From Escherichia phage IME178, in sequence record NC_104190.1: a stretch of 64,000 nucleotides of DNA. One strand, given 5' to 3'. Below are positions 9,616-19,962 of the stretch, in pieces. The first letter of the stretch is position 1, and every line of letters begins with the position of its first letter. The notes beneath the pieces are model-generated. The model worked only from the letters and a program-made list of their open reading frames with translations. It was not told the DNA's origin and ran no database searches. The position numbers and the translations under genes were made by a program.

Positions 9616-10375
9616 ACTGAACTGGAACGTAGAAGGTGTAACCGAGTCTCTGAAAGCAAAAGCCACTGCTCTGGGTGTTTCTGTAATCTCTCAAGAACAA
9701 GTAGCTGCTATCGCTGCTGAACTGGCTGCTGAAACTGGCAAAGATGTTACTGCTCGCTCTGTTGGCTCTAAACTGCGTAAAGAAGGTTTTGAAGTACAGA
9801 AAGCTAACGAAGTACAGAAATCCCCGTGGACTCCTGAGCAGGAAGCTGAACTGGTTGATTTCCTGAACGCTCATGCTGGTCAGTATACCTATGCTGAAAT
9901 CGCTGCTGCTGTAGCTGGTGGTCAGTTCGGTGCTAAGCAGGTACAGGGTAAGATTCTGAGCCTGGAAATGACCGCTTCTGTTAAGCCAACCGAAAAAGCT
10001 GCTGCTGTTCGTTCCTTCACTCCGGATGAAGAAACTGATTTTGTTAATCAGGTTGTTGCTGGTGCTACTATTGAAGCTATCGCTGCTCACTTCGGTCGTA
10101 ATATCAAGCAGATCCGTGGTAAAGCTCTGAGCCTGCTTCGTGAAGGTCGTATCGCTGCTATGCCGGTACAGGAAACTTCAAGTGCTAAAACTCGTGAAGA
10201 TTTGTTAGAAGGTCTGGATCTGGTTAACATGACTGTTGCTGAGATCGCTGAGAAAACTGGTAAGTCTGAGCGCGGTGTTAAATCTATGCTGTCTCGTCGT
10301 GGTCTGGTTGCTAAGGACTATGATGGTGCCGCTAAGCGTGCTAAACTGGATGCAAAAGCTGCGGCTGCTGAATAA
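9608..10375 (+). CDS. D5-like abundant early DNA-binding protein with four internal HTH-like repeats
   Basis: 255 aa, strongly E. coli-optimal codons; repeated module (W/F)TP(E/D)..E...V...(TYAEIAAAV/TIEAIAAHF)G....(Q/R)GK.LSL. Confidence 0.55.
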   Translation: MSKLNWNVEGVTESLKAKATALGVSVISQEQVAAIAAELAAETGKDVTARSVGSKLRKEGFEVQKANEVQKSPWTPEQEAELVDFLNAHAGQYTYAEIAAAVAGGQFGAKQVQGKILSLEMTASVKPTEKAAAVRSFTPDEETDFVNQVVAGATIEAIAAHFGRNIKQIRGKALSLLREGRIAAMPVQETSSAKTREDLLEGLDLVNMTVAEIAEKTGKSERGVKSMLSRRGLVAKDYDGAAKRAKLDAKAAAAE

Positions 10376-10392
10376 TCTGGTAAATTAAACCT

Positions 10393-10425
10393 AAGGGGAG
10401 GGGGCTATGCTCCTTCCCCTTTTTG
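10393..10425 (+). terminator. rho-independent terminator (GGGGAGGG...CCTTCCCC + TTTT)
   Basis: GC-rich hairpin and T-run directly after the D5-like stop. Confidence 0.6.
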
Positions 10426-10457
10426 CATTTAGAAGGCACGAAAGCGTGCAAAGGAGA

Positions 10458-11930
10458 ATGACCTTGTTTAACGTGCAAGCTGTAGTGTTGAAGATGCTTC
10501 TAGCTTCTGAACAGAAGCAAATAGCATTGGAAACATTCTCAAAACTGCATAAAGATCATTTTAATGACGCTTTCTCCTCAATTTACCAAGCCGTCCAGAA
10601 TTATTATAAAAAATATAACACAATGCCGTCCATTGACGCACTGATGCTTGAAGCTAATAGGAACGCCCGCCTTTCTCAAGCTCTAGTCGTCTTAGCTAAC
10701 ACTCAAATTCCAGAAGTGAGCATGGAACAGGCACTTGAAGTCCTAGAGGCTGAATATACACAGGATTTATTCCTGAAGCTTCTAGAAACAGACGTGCTTC
10801 AAGATTTAACAATGCTGGATCAGGGAGAAATTCTCAACCGAGTTGCCTCCCTTCACTTAAAATTAGAAGAGAAAGTAACGAATACTGGAAAAGTATTCAA
10901 CGCAGATAACATGCGTATTTTCCAGAGAGAAGAAGATACCAAACTGAACCTAATCGCTCTTGGTATTTGTAATGAGTTTGACGCTCAAATTGGTTTAGCT
11001 CGCACAGAAACGTTACTGCTTGGTGGTTGGCGTGGTACTGGTAAATCCATTATCTGTTCAAACATACAGGTTCAGCAATATTTGAATGGAGATATTGCTC
11101 CATACTTCTCAATTGAGATGAAAGAACATGAAGTATTTAGACGTAATCTAGCCATGTTAGCTGGTGTATCCGCACTAGCAATGCGTAATAATACTCTAGA
11201 AGGTGCAGCTCTGCTGAGATTAGCCAGAACTAGAGCTAGAATGTTTAATGGCGGTGAAGAGCTTTTCGATAACTTCGTTAAACAGTACACAATGGCTAAG
11301 ATGAGTGATTTCTACGATATGGAGAGTAAACTAATAGAAGGGTATGAACTACATACTCCTATGATTATCGTTTATGACCCTGAACTGTCCATTACAACAG
11401 TTGATGTAGAATTAAATAAATTAGTTGCTAGATATGGTGATAAAGTTACAGTAGCTTTATTGGACTATATTAACCAAACCCGACTTCCAGACTCTAAAAC
11501 CATTGATATGTATGACTGGAAAGAACAGATGGTTGTTAGCTCGTCTTTCAAATCTATCTGCCAGAAACATAACGTGGCTGGCGTAGCTCCTTACCAGATC
11601 GATCAAGATGGTAGAACACGTATGTCAAAGGGTATTCTTGATTCCGCAGACATGGCTGCTAATCTTAATGCTGCAAAAGCTGATAATGGTCAAGGTGCTA
11701 TTATGTTTGACTTCGTTAAGACTCGTTCTTCTGATAGCGTGAAGTTTATGCCTAAAATGAACTGGGAAACCTTGCGGATGGATAACACTACCAACCTAGC
11801 GATGGAAGATATATCTCAAATGGAAGCTGAGTTCGTTATCCCTATTGAGAAGGATAAGCCGGCTCAACCTAAACGTGCTAAGAAAGACAAAACCGAAAAT
11901 TCAACAGGTGAACAGGCCAGCGATATATGA
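10458..11930 (+). CDS. DnaB-like replicative DNA helicase
   Basis: Walker A GGWRGTGKS and FSIEM motif; track ORF starts at 10407 inside the terminator, ATG 10458 follows RBS AAGGAGA. Confidence 0.65.
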   Translation: MTLFNVQAVVLKMLLASEQKQIALETFSKLHKDHFNDAFSSIYQAVQNYYKKYNTMPSIDALMLEANRNARLSQALVVLANTQIPEVSMEQALEVLEAEYTQDLFLKLLETDVLQDLTMLDQGEILNRVASLHLKLEEKVTNTGKVFNADNMRIFQREEDTKLNLIALGICNEFDAQIGLARTETLLLGGWRGTGKSIICSNIQVQQYLNGDIAPYFSIEMKEHEVFRRNLAMLAGVSALAMRNNTLEGAALLRLARTRARMFNGGEELFDNFVKQYTMAKMSDFYDMESKLIEGYELHTPMIIVYDPELSITTVDVELNKLVARYGDKVTVALLDYINQTRLPDSKTIDMYDWKEQMVVSSSFKSICQKHNVAGVAPYQIDQDGRTRMSKGILDSADMAANLNAAKADNGQGAIMFDFVKTRSSDSVKFMPKMNWETLRMDNTTNLAMEDISQMEAEFVIPIEKDKPAQPKRAKKDKTENSTGEQASDI

Positions 11931-12818
11931 GTAGAATAACAGAACTACTTGATCTGAAAGGCATTGAATATAAAGACACAGGTGGGGACATCCTCATCTG
12001 TTGTCTCAATCCAGATCATGACGATAAACACCCAAGTTTGCGTATTGATCCTGAAACAGGTATTATGCACTGCTTGAGTTGTGGCTTCGGTAAAGGTATA
12101 CCGAGCATTTACCATTATTTTAATGAGACTCAGTACCGACAGTCCCCAAGGCTATCGCAAGTACGTAAAAAGATTTCAGAGATTAGGAATGGGTCAACGA
12201 ATCTTGCAATTCCTGAATCTGCTTACCTTTTCGAAGGTGATTTCCGAGGTATAAGTTCTAAGACCTTGAAGAAATATTTTGCTTTCCAACACCAAGCAGA
12301 CTGGGAAGGCAGAATTGTATTCCCAATCACAGATGCTGTTGGACGCAATATCCTATTTTTGGGTCGTTCTATAAACAGTTCTGCCCCTCCTAAATACTTA
12401 GTAAAACCAAAACAAGTTTCACCACCAATTTTTCCTGTACGATATAATACCCCAATTCTTATTCTAGTTGAAGGTATCTTTGATATGCTGAATCTAGAGG
12501 ATAATGGTATAGACTATGCTTCTTGTTGCTTCGGTACACATCAGTTTACTTCAGATAACATTGCAGATAAGTTTAGTCCGTATATTATTGCTGGTGTTAA
12601 AGTTGTTGTTATCTTACTAGATAATGATGCTTCTGGTAATAAAGCTGCACAAGCACTGGCTAAGCTAATTCGTACAAAAAACGCGTTTAACACCTGTAGT
12701 TGCTAACTTTCTTCTGCCTGAAGGTAAAGACCCAGGTGACTTAAGTAAAGAAGAAATTGATATGTTAGCAAAACGTATTGAAATTTTAGTTGCTGAATCG
12801 CTTAAAGATTTGGTATAA
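11927..12818 (+). CDS. DnaG-like DNA primase (zinc-binding + TOPRIM); frame break at A6 run near 12676-12681
   Basis: CCLNPDHDDKHPSLRIDPETGIMHCLSCGFGKG zinc motif; track ORF ends 12706 but the +1 frame continues with LPEGKDPGDL (TOPRIM-like) to stop at 12818. Confidence 0.65.
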
Positions 12819-12867
12819 TAGTCCTAAATAACTGAGGAGCTACTATGGAATATGTATATATATTTAT

Positions 12868-13176
12868 GTGGATGTTCCAGTGTATGATAGTATAACACAC
12901 AAAGAGGTTAAACTAGAGCGGTTTACAACACTGGAGTCCCTTAATAAACGAAAGAATTTCCATTTATTTGGTGATCCTAAATTACCTGCATCTTATATTT
13001 ACTTTAAAGTAAAAGATACAGGTCAAGAGGTATACCTAACATATGATTGGGCTGTTGTAGAAAATACTGAGCAATCTATGAAAGCGCTAGATGCTTTTCT
13101 GCGTATAGATGAAGAATTTCGGGTACTAGAAAAGCAGCGCAATGAAATGCGTAAATTACTTCACACCTATAAATAG
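12868..13176 (+). CDS. hypothetical protein
   Basis: 102-aa ORF with alternative start; an RBS-preceded ATG at 12845 is in another frame, so the start is uncertain. Confidence 0.4.
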   Translation: MDVPVYDSITHKEVKLERFTTLESLNKRKNFHLFGDPKLPASYIYFKVKDTGQEVYLTYDWAVVENTEQSMKALDAFLRIDEEFRVLEKQRNEMRKLLHTYK

Positions 13177-13179
13177 TAT

Positions 13180-13208
13180 TTGCTATTATCCCAATATTTT
13201 GATATAAT
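13180..13208 (+). promoter_or_regulatory. sigma70-type early promoter (TTGCTA-17-TATAAT)
   Basis: Upstream of the polymerase gene; leader carries GAGGAG. Confidence 0.5.
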
Positions 13209-13269
13209 ATATTGGTAAGTTAGAGAAGAAACACTGAAGTTATACTTACTTACCAAGAGGAGATTAAAT

Positions 13270-15837
13270 TTGAAAATCGCAGTAGTTGATAAAGCTCTAA
13301 ATAACACTCGTTATGATAAACATTTCCAGCTATACGGCGAGGAAGTTGATGTATTCCATATGTGTAACGAGAAGTTATCTGGTCGTTTGCTTAAAAAGCA
13401 CATTACTATTGGAACACCAGAAAACCCATTTGATCCGAATGATTATGATTTTGTTATACTAGTAGGTGCTGAACCTTTCCTGTATTTCGCAGGTAAGAAA
13501 GGCATTGGTGACTATACTGGTAAACGTGTAGAGTATAATGGATATGCTAACTGGATTGCGAGTATCAGCCCAGCCCAGTTACACTTTAAACCTGAAATGA
13601 AACCAGTTTTCGATGCAACAGTAGAAAATATCCACGATATTATCAATGGTCGTGAGAAGGTTGCAAAAGCTGGTGATTATCGTCCTATTACTGACCCTGA
13701 GGAGGCAGAAGAATATATCAAGATGGTGTATAATATGGTTATCGGACCTGTCGCATTCGACTCCGAAACCTCAGCACTATACTGTCGAGATGGTTATCTG
13801 CTTGGTGTTTCTATGTCTCACCAAGAGTATCAGGGTGTGTATATCGATTCTGATTGTCTCACAGAGGTTGCAGTATATTATCTCCAGAAAATTCTGGACA
13901 GTGAAAACCACACTATTGTTTTTCACAACTTGAAGTTCGATATGCACTTTTATAAGTACCATCTGGGGCTTACTTTTGATAAAGCGCATAAAGAACGCAG
14001 GCTCCATGATACCATGTTGCAGCACTATGTTCTAGATGAGCGTCGTGGTACTCATGGCTTAAAATCTCTAGCTATGAAGTACACCGATATGGGTGACTAT
14101 GACTTCGAACTAGATAAGTTTAAAGATGATTACTGCAAAGCACATAAAATTAAGAAAGAAGATTTCAGCTATGATCTGATTCCTTTTGATATTATGTGGC
14201 CATATGCTGCAAAAGATACAGATGCTACTCTACGTCTTCATAACTTCTTCTTACCAAAAATTGAGAAGAATGAAAAACTTTGCAGTCTGTATTATGATGT
14301 TCTAATGCCTGGTTGTGTATTTCTCCAGCGTGTTGAGGATCGTGGTGTACCTATTTCTATTGATCGTTTAAAAGAAGCTCAGTACCAGTTAACCCATAAT
14401 CTGAATAAAGCTCGTGAAAAGCTGTATACTTATCCAGAAGTCGTTCAGCTAGAGAAAGATCAGAACGAAGCATTTAATCCTAACTCTGTTAAGCAGCTAC
14501 GTGTTCTTCTGTTTGACTATGTTGGCTTAACTCCAACAGGTAAACTGACGGATACTGGAGCAGACTCTACAGATGCAGAAGCTCTGAACGAATTGTCTAC
14601 GCAGCATCCAATTGCTAAGACTCTACTAGAGATTCGTAAGCTGACTAAGCTGATCTCTACTTATGTTGAGAAAATTCTTCTGAGCATTGATGCAGATGGT
14701 TGCATTCGTACTGGCTTCCACGAACACATGACTACTTCTGGTCGTCTGAGTTCTTCTGGTAAACTGAACCTGCAACAGTTACCTCGTGATGAATCTATTA
14801 TCAAGGGTTGTGTAGTAGCTCCTCCGGGGTACCGTGTAATCGCGTGGGACTTAACAACTGCGGAAGTTTATTATGCTGCTGTTCTATCTGGTGATAGAAA
14901 TATGCAACAGGTATTTATCAACATGAGAAATGAACCTGATAAATACCCGGACTTCCACTCTAACATCGCACACATGGTATTTAAGCTCCAATGCGAACCC
15001 CGTGATGTTAAAAAGCTGTTCCCAGCTTTGCGTCAAGCAGCTAAAGCAATCACCTTTGGTATTCTGTATGGTTCTGGCCCAGCTAAAGTAGCTCATTCTG
15101 TTAACGAAGCTCTTCTGGAACAGGCTGCTAAGACAGGCGAACCGTTTGTAGAATGTACGGTTGCAGATGCTAAAGAGTATATCGAAACTTACTTCGGTCA
15201 GTTCCCACAGCTTAAGCGTTGGATTGATAAGTGCCACGATCAGATCAAGAATCATGGATTTATCTATAGTCACTTTGGTCGTAAGCGTCGTCTGCACAAT
15301 ATCCACTCCGAAGACCGTGGTGTTCAGGGTGAGGAAATCCGTTCTGGATTTAACGCAATCATTCAGTCTGCTTCTTCTGATAGTCTCCTTTTAGGTGCTG
15401 TAGATGCAGATAATGAGATCATTTCTCTTGGCCTAGAACAAGAGATGAAGATTGTTATGCTAGTTCACGACTCCGTAGTTGCTATTGTTCGTGAGGATTT
15501 GATCGACCAATACAATGAAATCTTGATTCGTAATATTCAGAAAGACCGCGGTATTAGTATTCCTGGCTGTCCGATTGGTATTGATTCAGATTCTGAAGCT
15601 GGAGGTTCTCGCGACTACTCTTGTGGTAAGATGAAGAAACAGCACCCATCAATCGCTTGTATTGATGATGATGAATATACTCGTTATGTCAAGGGTGTAT
15701 TACTTGACGCAGAATTCGAGTATAAGAAACTAGCTGCAATGGATAAAGAGCATCCAGATCATAGCAAATACAAGGATGATAAGTTTATTGCTGTATGTAA
15801 AGATTTGGATAACGTGAGAAGGATTCTCGGTGCTTGA
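13270..15837 (+). CDS. family A DNA polymerase with 3'-5' exonuclease domain
   Basis: 855-aa ORF, the length known for T5 DNA polymerase; TTG start 8 nt after GAGGAG. Confidence 0.85.
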   Translation: MKIAVVDKALNNTRYDKHFQLYGEEVDVFHMCNEKLSGRLLKKHITIGTPENPFDPNDYDFVILVGAEPFLYFAGKKGIGDYTGKRVEYNGYANWIASISPAQLHFKPEMKPVFDATVENIHDIINGREKVAKAGDYRPITDPEEAEEYIKMVYNMVIGPVAFDSETSALYCRDGYLLGVSMSHQEYQGVYIDSDCLTEVAVYYLQKILDSENHTIVFHNLKFDMHFYKYHLGLTFDKAHKERRLHDTMLQHYVLDERRGTHGLKSLAMKYTDMGDYDFELDKFKDDYCKAHKIKKEDFSYDLIPFDIMWPYAAKDTDATLRLHNFFLPKIEKNEKLCSLYYDVLMPGCVFLQRVEDRGVPISIDRLKEAQYQLTHNLNKAREKLYTYPEVVQLEKDQNEAFNPNSVKQLRVLLFDYVGLTPTGKLTDTGADSTDAEALNELSTQHPIAKTLLEIRKLTKLISTYVEKILLSIDADGCIRTGFHEHMTTSGRLSSSGKLNLQQLPRDESIIKGCVVAPPGYRVIAWDLTTAEVYYAAVLSGDRNMQQVFINMRNEPDKYPDFHSNIAHMVFKLQCEPRDVKKLFPALRQAAKAITFGILYGSGPAKVAHSVNEALLEQAAKTGEPFVECTVADAKEYIETYFGQFPQLKRWIDKCHDQIKNHGFIYSHFGRKRRLHNIHSEDRGVQGEEIRSGFNAIIQSASSDSLLLGAVDADNEIISLGLEQEMKIVMLVHDSVVAIVREDLIDQYNEILIRNIQKDRGISIPGCPIGIDSDSEAGGSRDYSCGKMKKQHPSIACIDDDEYTRYVKGVLLDAEFEYKKLAAMDKEHPDHSKYKDDKFIAVCKDLDNVRRILGA

Positions 15838-16327
15838 TTTCAAATTGCCCGTATATGCTTTACGGGCTTTTGTATCAATTGAGCAAGAAGGTGATTATTC
15901 CGTAATTACAACAAGATATAATAAATATGTGCTAGATAACAGGAAGTTGCCTGGCACTTTTTCTCAACGTAGGCTTATTCTATTTGAGAAACGGAAAGAA
16001 TTACCATATAAGCTCTATCCTATTAGAGGTAGAATATCAATGTTGTCTCAATTAGTTGGGTCAAAGCGTAGCCAATTTATAGATTCTGATGGAAATCTTA
16101 TTAACTGGAAGAAAACTACGTTCTATGATGTTGTCACCTCTAAAGTTTTGCATTCAGCTAGAATTTATAACGGAAAATACCAATGCTATGTAGCTAAAGT
16201 TCCGTATCCATTTGTATTATCCTATGTTCCAGCTTATATAAGCTATATTCTGGTAAATAATAGCCCTGTTATTTATCAAGTCCATCAAGAGGAGCCTGAA
16301 ATTCCTAGACTTAGAATAAAATTATGA
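15830..16327 (+). CDS. hypothetical protein (start uncertain, possibly ATG 16039)
   Basis: 165-aa track ORF begins inside the polymerase terminator; a shorter ATG-initiated version is more plausible. Confidence 0.35.
   Translation: MLDFKLPVYALRAFVSIEQEGDYSVITTRYNKYVLDNRKLPGTFSQRRLILFEKRKELPYKLYPIRGRISMLSQLVGSKRSQFIDSDGNLINWKKTTFYDVVTSKVLHSARIYNGKYQCYVAKVPYPFVLSYVPAYISYILVNNSPVIYQVHQEEPEIPRLRIKL
15847..15872 (+). terminator. rho-independent terminator (GCCCGTA-TATGCTT-TACGGGC + TTTTG)
   Basis: Perfect 7-bp stem directly after the polymerase stop. Confidence 0.55.
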
Positions 16328-17676
16328 AGGTTGTTATATCTAATAAAGCCTATTTCAAGCCCGATGATGAACTTTGGGATTATTGTAGTAAGCAAACCAC
16401 TTATCACATAGAGACAATGACTAGTAAATACCCTATTATGTATAAGAATAGTGGTGTTGTTGCCAAAGAGATTAAGTGGATTCCTATTACACGTCTGGAC
16501 TTACTAGATGCTAAAGGAGTAAAATACGAATTAGTAGATAAACGTACATTAGCTCCGGTAGATATACCAAAACCTAAGTTCAAGCTGCGTGAAGAAGACC
16601 AGCTCCCAATATATGAAGAGTGCGATGATACCTGTATTATTAATGGTAAGCCTGGGTTTGGTAAAACTATCCTAGCCCTTGCACTTGCGTATAAATTTGG
16701 CCAGAAAACTTTGGTAATCTGTACGAATACATCCATTCGTGAAATGTGGGCGGCAGAAGTTCGTAAATGGTTTGGGTTTGAACCGGGCATTATAGGTTCT
16801 GGGAAATACAATATTGATCCACCAATTGTGGTCAGTAATATTCAAACAGTGAATAAACATGCGAATAATCTTTCTAAAGTATTCGGTACTGTTATAGTTG
16901 ATGAAGTTCACCATTGTGTGGCTACAACTTTCACTAACTTCCTAGAAATATCATGTGCTCGCTATAAAATTGGACTATCCGGCACATTAAAACGGAAAGA
17001 TGGTCTACAAGTTATGTTCAAAGATTTCTTTGGATATAAGATCTTTAGCCCCCCGGTTAATAATACTGTTGCACCTACAATCCATAGGTACTCCGTACCT
17101 GTTGAGTTATCAGGAAACCAAAACGTACCATGGGCATTACGTGCTAACGATGTGTATAATCATCCTAAATATCGAGAGACTATTATAAACCTGGCACATT
17201 TATACGTGAATATGGGGCATAAAGTACTCATTGTAAGTGATAGAACAGAGTTAATCCAAACAGTATTAGAAGCTCTTGCACAGCGTGGTGTTACAACATA
17301 TGAAATTATAGGGGCAACCCACTTAGATGACCGATTAAAAATTCAGGAAGATATAGCAAAAGGTGGACCTTGTGTACTTGCAGCAGCTCAAAGCATCTTC
17401 TCTGAAGGTATTTCTCTTAATGAGTTGTCTTGTTTAATAATGGGAAGTCTCATTAATAATGAGTCTCTCATTGAACAGCTTGCAGGTCGTGTTCAACGTA
17501 TTGTCGATGGTAAACTCGACCCTATTGTTGTAGATCTAATTATGAAAGGTGGCACTGGACTAAGACAGGCTTCTGGACGTATGGCAGTATATCGTAACAA
17601 CGGGTGGAAAACTATTACCATGACTCCTGAGAAAGCAGTTCAATTAGCTAAAATTGCATTTGGCAACAGCTCATAA
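16324..17676 (+). CDS. SF2 ATP-dependent DNA helicase (D10-like)
   Basis: 450 aa; Walker A GKPGFGKT, DEVH box (VIVDEVHHC); ATGA start/stop overlap with the upstream ORF. Confidence 0.7.
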   Translation: MKVVISNKAYFKPDDELWDYCSKQTTYHIETMTSKYPIMYKNSGVVAKEIKWIPITRLDLLDAKGVKYELVDKRTLAPVDIPKPKFKLREEDQLPIYEECDDTCIINGKPGFGKTILALALAYKFGQKTLVICTNTSIREMWAAEVRKWFGFEPGIIGSGKYNIDPPIVVSNIQTVNKHANNLSKVFGTVIVDEVHHCVATTFTNFLEISCARYKIGLSGTLKRKDGLQVMFKDFFGYKIFSPPVNNTVAPTIHRYSVPVELSGNQNVPWALRANDVYNHPKYRETIINLAHLYVNMGHKVLIVSDRTELIQTVLEALAQRGVTTYEIIGATHLDDRLKIQEDIAKGGPCVLAAAQSIFSEGISLNELSCLIMGSLINNESLIEQLAGRVQRIVDGKLDPIVVDLIMKGGTGLRQASGRMAVYRNNGWKTITMTPEKAVQLAKIAFGNSS

Positions 17677-17760
17677 ATGATGTATAATATACACATAAAT
17701 TTGAGAGAGAAAGTTTCGGATTGATAAGAAAGTCCGAAGCAGAAAAATAAAAAATTTTAG

Positions 17761-17790
17761 TTGCTAAATTCTCTCGAAATCTAGTATAAT
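17761..17790 (+). promoter_or_regulatory. sigma70-type early promoter (TTGCTA-18-TATAAT) with conserved ATAAATTCGAGGAG leader
   Basis: Second of two tandem promoter-like elements; the first has TATAAT at 17683-17688. Confidence 0.45.
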
Positions 17791-17897
17791 ATATACATAA
17801 ATTCGAGGAGAAAATAAAAATTAAATTCTTCGATTATGAAAAGCTATACTTACTAGCTAGAGGAAATTCCGACCTAATTATTAAGCTATTCAAAAGA

Positions 17898-18182
17898 ATG
17901 CTTACAGAGCCTGATGCTCACCAATTATTGGTCGGTTCCTCATTCATTTTGAATGAATCAACAATAGTTGATAATCCAAATAAATTGTCTAATAGACAAC
18001 TGGCAGAATATCTAGGAATTTTAAGTCTACGAAATTATGCCGAATACAAGTTTACAAACGATCCTAGTTTGGACATACAATATGTTCCAGTATGGATACC
18101 ACGTTTAGTAATCGACACTAACCCACTAATCGCAATTAACAAATCGAAATTAATCTTTAAAGAGGAAATAAAATATGGCTAA
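17898..18182 (+). CDS. hypothetical protein
   Basis: 94-aa ORF between the promoters and the SSB-like gene; weak RBS. Confidence 0.35.
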   Translation: MLTEPDAHQLLVGSSFILNESTIVDNPNKLSNRQLAEYLGILSLRNYAEYKFTNDPSLDIQYVPVWIPRLVIDTNPLIAINKSKLIFKEEIKYG

Positions 18183-18948
18183 GTCTTGGGGCGAAACTAC
18201 TGGCGGTTCTAACGATAAAATCGAATTCCTGAAGTTCAACAACGGTATCACTCGTGTTCGTATCGTTTCTGGTGTTCTTCCACGTTATGTCTATTGGCTG
18301 ACTAATAAAGAGGGTAATGTAGCTCCTTTCGAATGTCTCCGTTTTAACCGTGACAAAGAGAGCTTTGTTCGTGGTAAAGCTGATCCGGTTCATGAGATGG
18401 GCTTTTTCGAGAAAGAGCTGGATAAAGACGGTAATCGTGTTCCGCTGAAACCGAAGAAAAACTATATCGCTTTTGTTATCGACCGTTCTGATAACAAACT
18501 GAAAGTAATGGAAGTCAAGGCTACTATTCTGAAAGGCATCCAGTCTATCATGAAGCAGTTGAATCTGGCAACTCCGTTTGATATTGATATTTCTATCGAG
18601 AAAAAAGGTAAAGGTTTCGATACTGAGTATGATGTACAGCAGATTGCTGCTATGCAGTTCCAGATTAAGCTGCAAGATCCCAACAGTGCAGAATCTAAGC
18701 AATACGCTGCAGATGTAGATCTGATCGGTGAAGCTATGTGTGATGGAGATGGCGACATCATTAAGTTCGAAAAAGTTCCTTCTCTGGAACAAACTTATCC
18801 GGTTCCTACCTATGAAGAGCAGAAAGAAGCAATTCAAGCCTTCATGGAGGGTCGTGAGAATAAAGATGATGATGCCAAATCTGGTAATAGCAATGCAGGC
18901 TCCCAGAAAGGTATTGACACAGAAGCTGCAAGCGATCTGGACGACTAA
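18175..18948 (+). CDS. putative single-stranded DNA-binding protein (acidic C-terminal tail)
   Basis: 257 aa with optimal codons; C-terminus DTEAASDLDD is acidic as in phage SSBs; strong terminator follows. Confidence 0.5.
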   Translation: MAKSWGETTGGSNDKIEFLKFNNGITRVRIVSGVLPRYVYWLTNKEGNVAPFECLRFNRDKESFVRGKADPVHEMGFFEKELDKDGNRVPLKPKKNYIAFVIDRSDNKLKVMEVKATILKGIQSIMKQLNLATPFDIDISIEKKGKGFDTEYDVQQIAAMQFQIKLQDPNSAESKQYAADVDLIGEAMCDGDGDIIKFEKVPSLEQTYPVPTYEEQKEAIQAFMEGRENKDDDAKSGNSNAGSQKGIDTEAASDLDD

Positions 18949-18954
18949 TAAATA

Positions 18955-18979
18955 GAGGGGCTTCGGCCCCTTTCTTTTT
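18955..18979 (+). terminator. rho-independent terminator (GGGGC-TTCG-GCCCC + TTTCTTTTT)
   Basis: GC stem with tetraloop and T-run. Confidence 0.65.
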
Positions 18980-18984
18980 AACCA

Positions 18985-19962
18985 ATGAGAATATTATTTA
19001 GTGCTGATCATCATATCAAACTAGGACAAGATAAAGTTCCAAAGGAATGGCAGAAGCGTCGCTTCCTGATGCTGGGAGAACGGTTAAATGATATATTCCA
19101 TAATCATAACTGTGATCTTCATATTGCTGGTGGTGATATACTTGATGTTGCCGATCCGTCGTCAGAAGAAATAGAACTGCTTGAACAGTTCATGTCAAGA
19201 CTTGACCATCCAGGCAAAATCTTTACTGGAAATCATGAAATGTTAACGAAAACTATTTCATGCCTATATCATTATGCGGGGGTTATTAATAAAGTAACGA
19301 GTGGGAAGTGGGAAGTAGTTACCAAACCATATCGTTCCCCTGAATTTGATATTGTTCCGTATGATGAAATCCATAAGTCTAAGTGGAAACCATCTGAATC
19401 AAAACTATGTTTCACGCATGTTCGTGGTGAAATCCCTCCACATGTAAAACCAGAAATTGATCTAACTAAGTACAACTGTTATGATACTGTAATTGCTGGC
19501 GATTTACATTCTTATACTAATAGCCAGACTATCGGGTCTACTAGACTCCTCTACCCAGGGTCCCCATTAACTACATCGTTCCATAGAGAACGCACAAAAG
19601 GTACAAATGGTTGCTTTATCGTTGATACCGACACATTAAAAGTAGAATGGATTGAACTCGGTGATTTACCACAACTGATTCGTAAAACAATCGGAGCTGG
19701 TGAAGAGATGGAACCTAGTGATTATGATCGTGTAGTCTATGAAGTTACTGGTGACGTTGTTCAACTAAAGTCTATCAAAGACTCTGATTTATTAGATAAG
19801 AAGATTAACCATCGAGTTACTAAAGATGCTAAGTTAAATCTTGTTGATCTTGATATGTTGGGCGAACTTGAACTTTACTTCCGTGAAGTCGAGAAGCTAT
19901 CTCAAGGCGACATTGATAGAATCTTGGCTAGAGCTGCGAAATATGTCAAAGATTACAATTAA
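18985..19962 (+). CDS. SbcD/Mre11-like nuclease (D12-like)
   Basis: Calcineurin-like phosphoesterase motifs (SADHH, GGDILD, GNHE). Confidence 0.7.
   Translation: MRILFSADHHIKLGQDKVPKEWQKRRFLMLGERLNDIFHNHNCDLHIAGGDILDVADPSSEEIELLEQFMSRLDHPGKIFTGNHEMLTKTISCLYHYAGVINKVTSGKWEVVTKPYRSPEFDIVPYDEIHKSKWKPSESKLCFTHVRGEIPPHVKPEIDLTKYNCYDTVIAGDLHSYTNSQTIGSTRLLYPGSPLTTSFHRERTKGTNGCFIVDTDTLKVEWIELGDLPQLIRKTIGAGEEMEPSDYDRVVYEVTGDVVQLKSIKDSDLLDKKINHRVTKDAKLNLVDLDMLGELELYFREVEKLSQGDIDRILARAAKYVKDYN

Noticed and set aside
9581-10090. 169-aa minus-strand ORF antisense to the D5-like gene
   Set aside because: Lies wholly inside a strongly codon-biased plus-strand gene, low-complexity Ser/Phe-rich translation, no RBS; antisense artefact.
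18157-18837. 226-aa and 99-aa minus-strand ORFs antisense to the SSB-like gene
   Set aside because: Embedded in a well-supported plus-strand gene; composition typical of reverse-frame noise.
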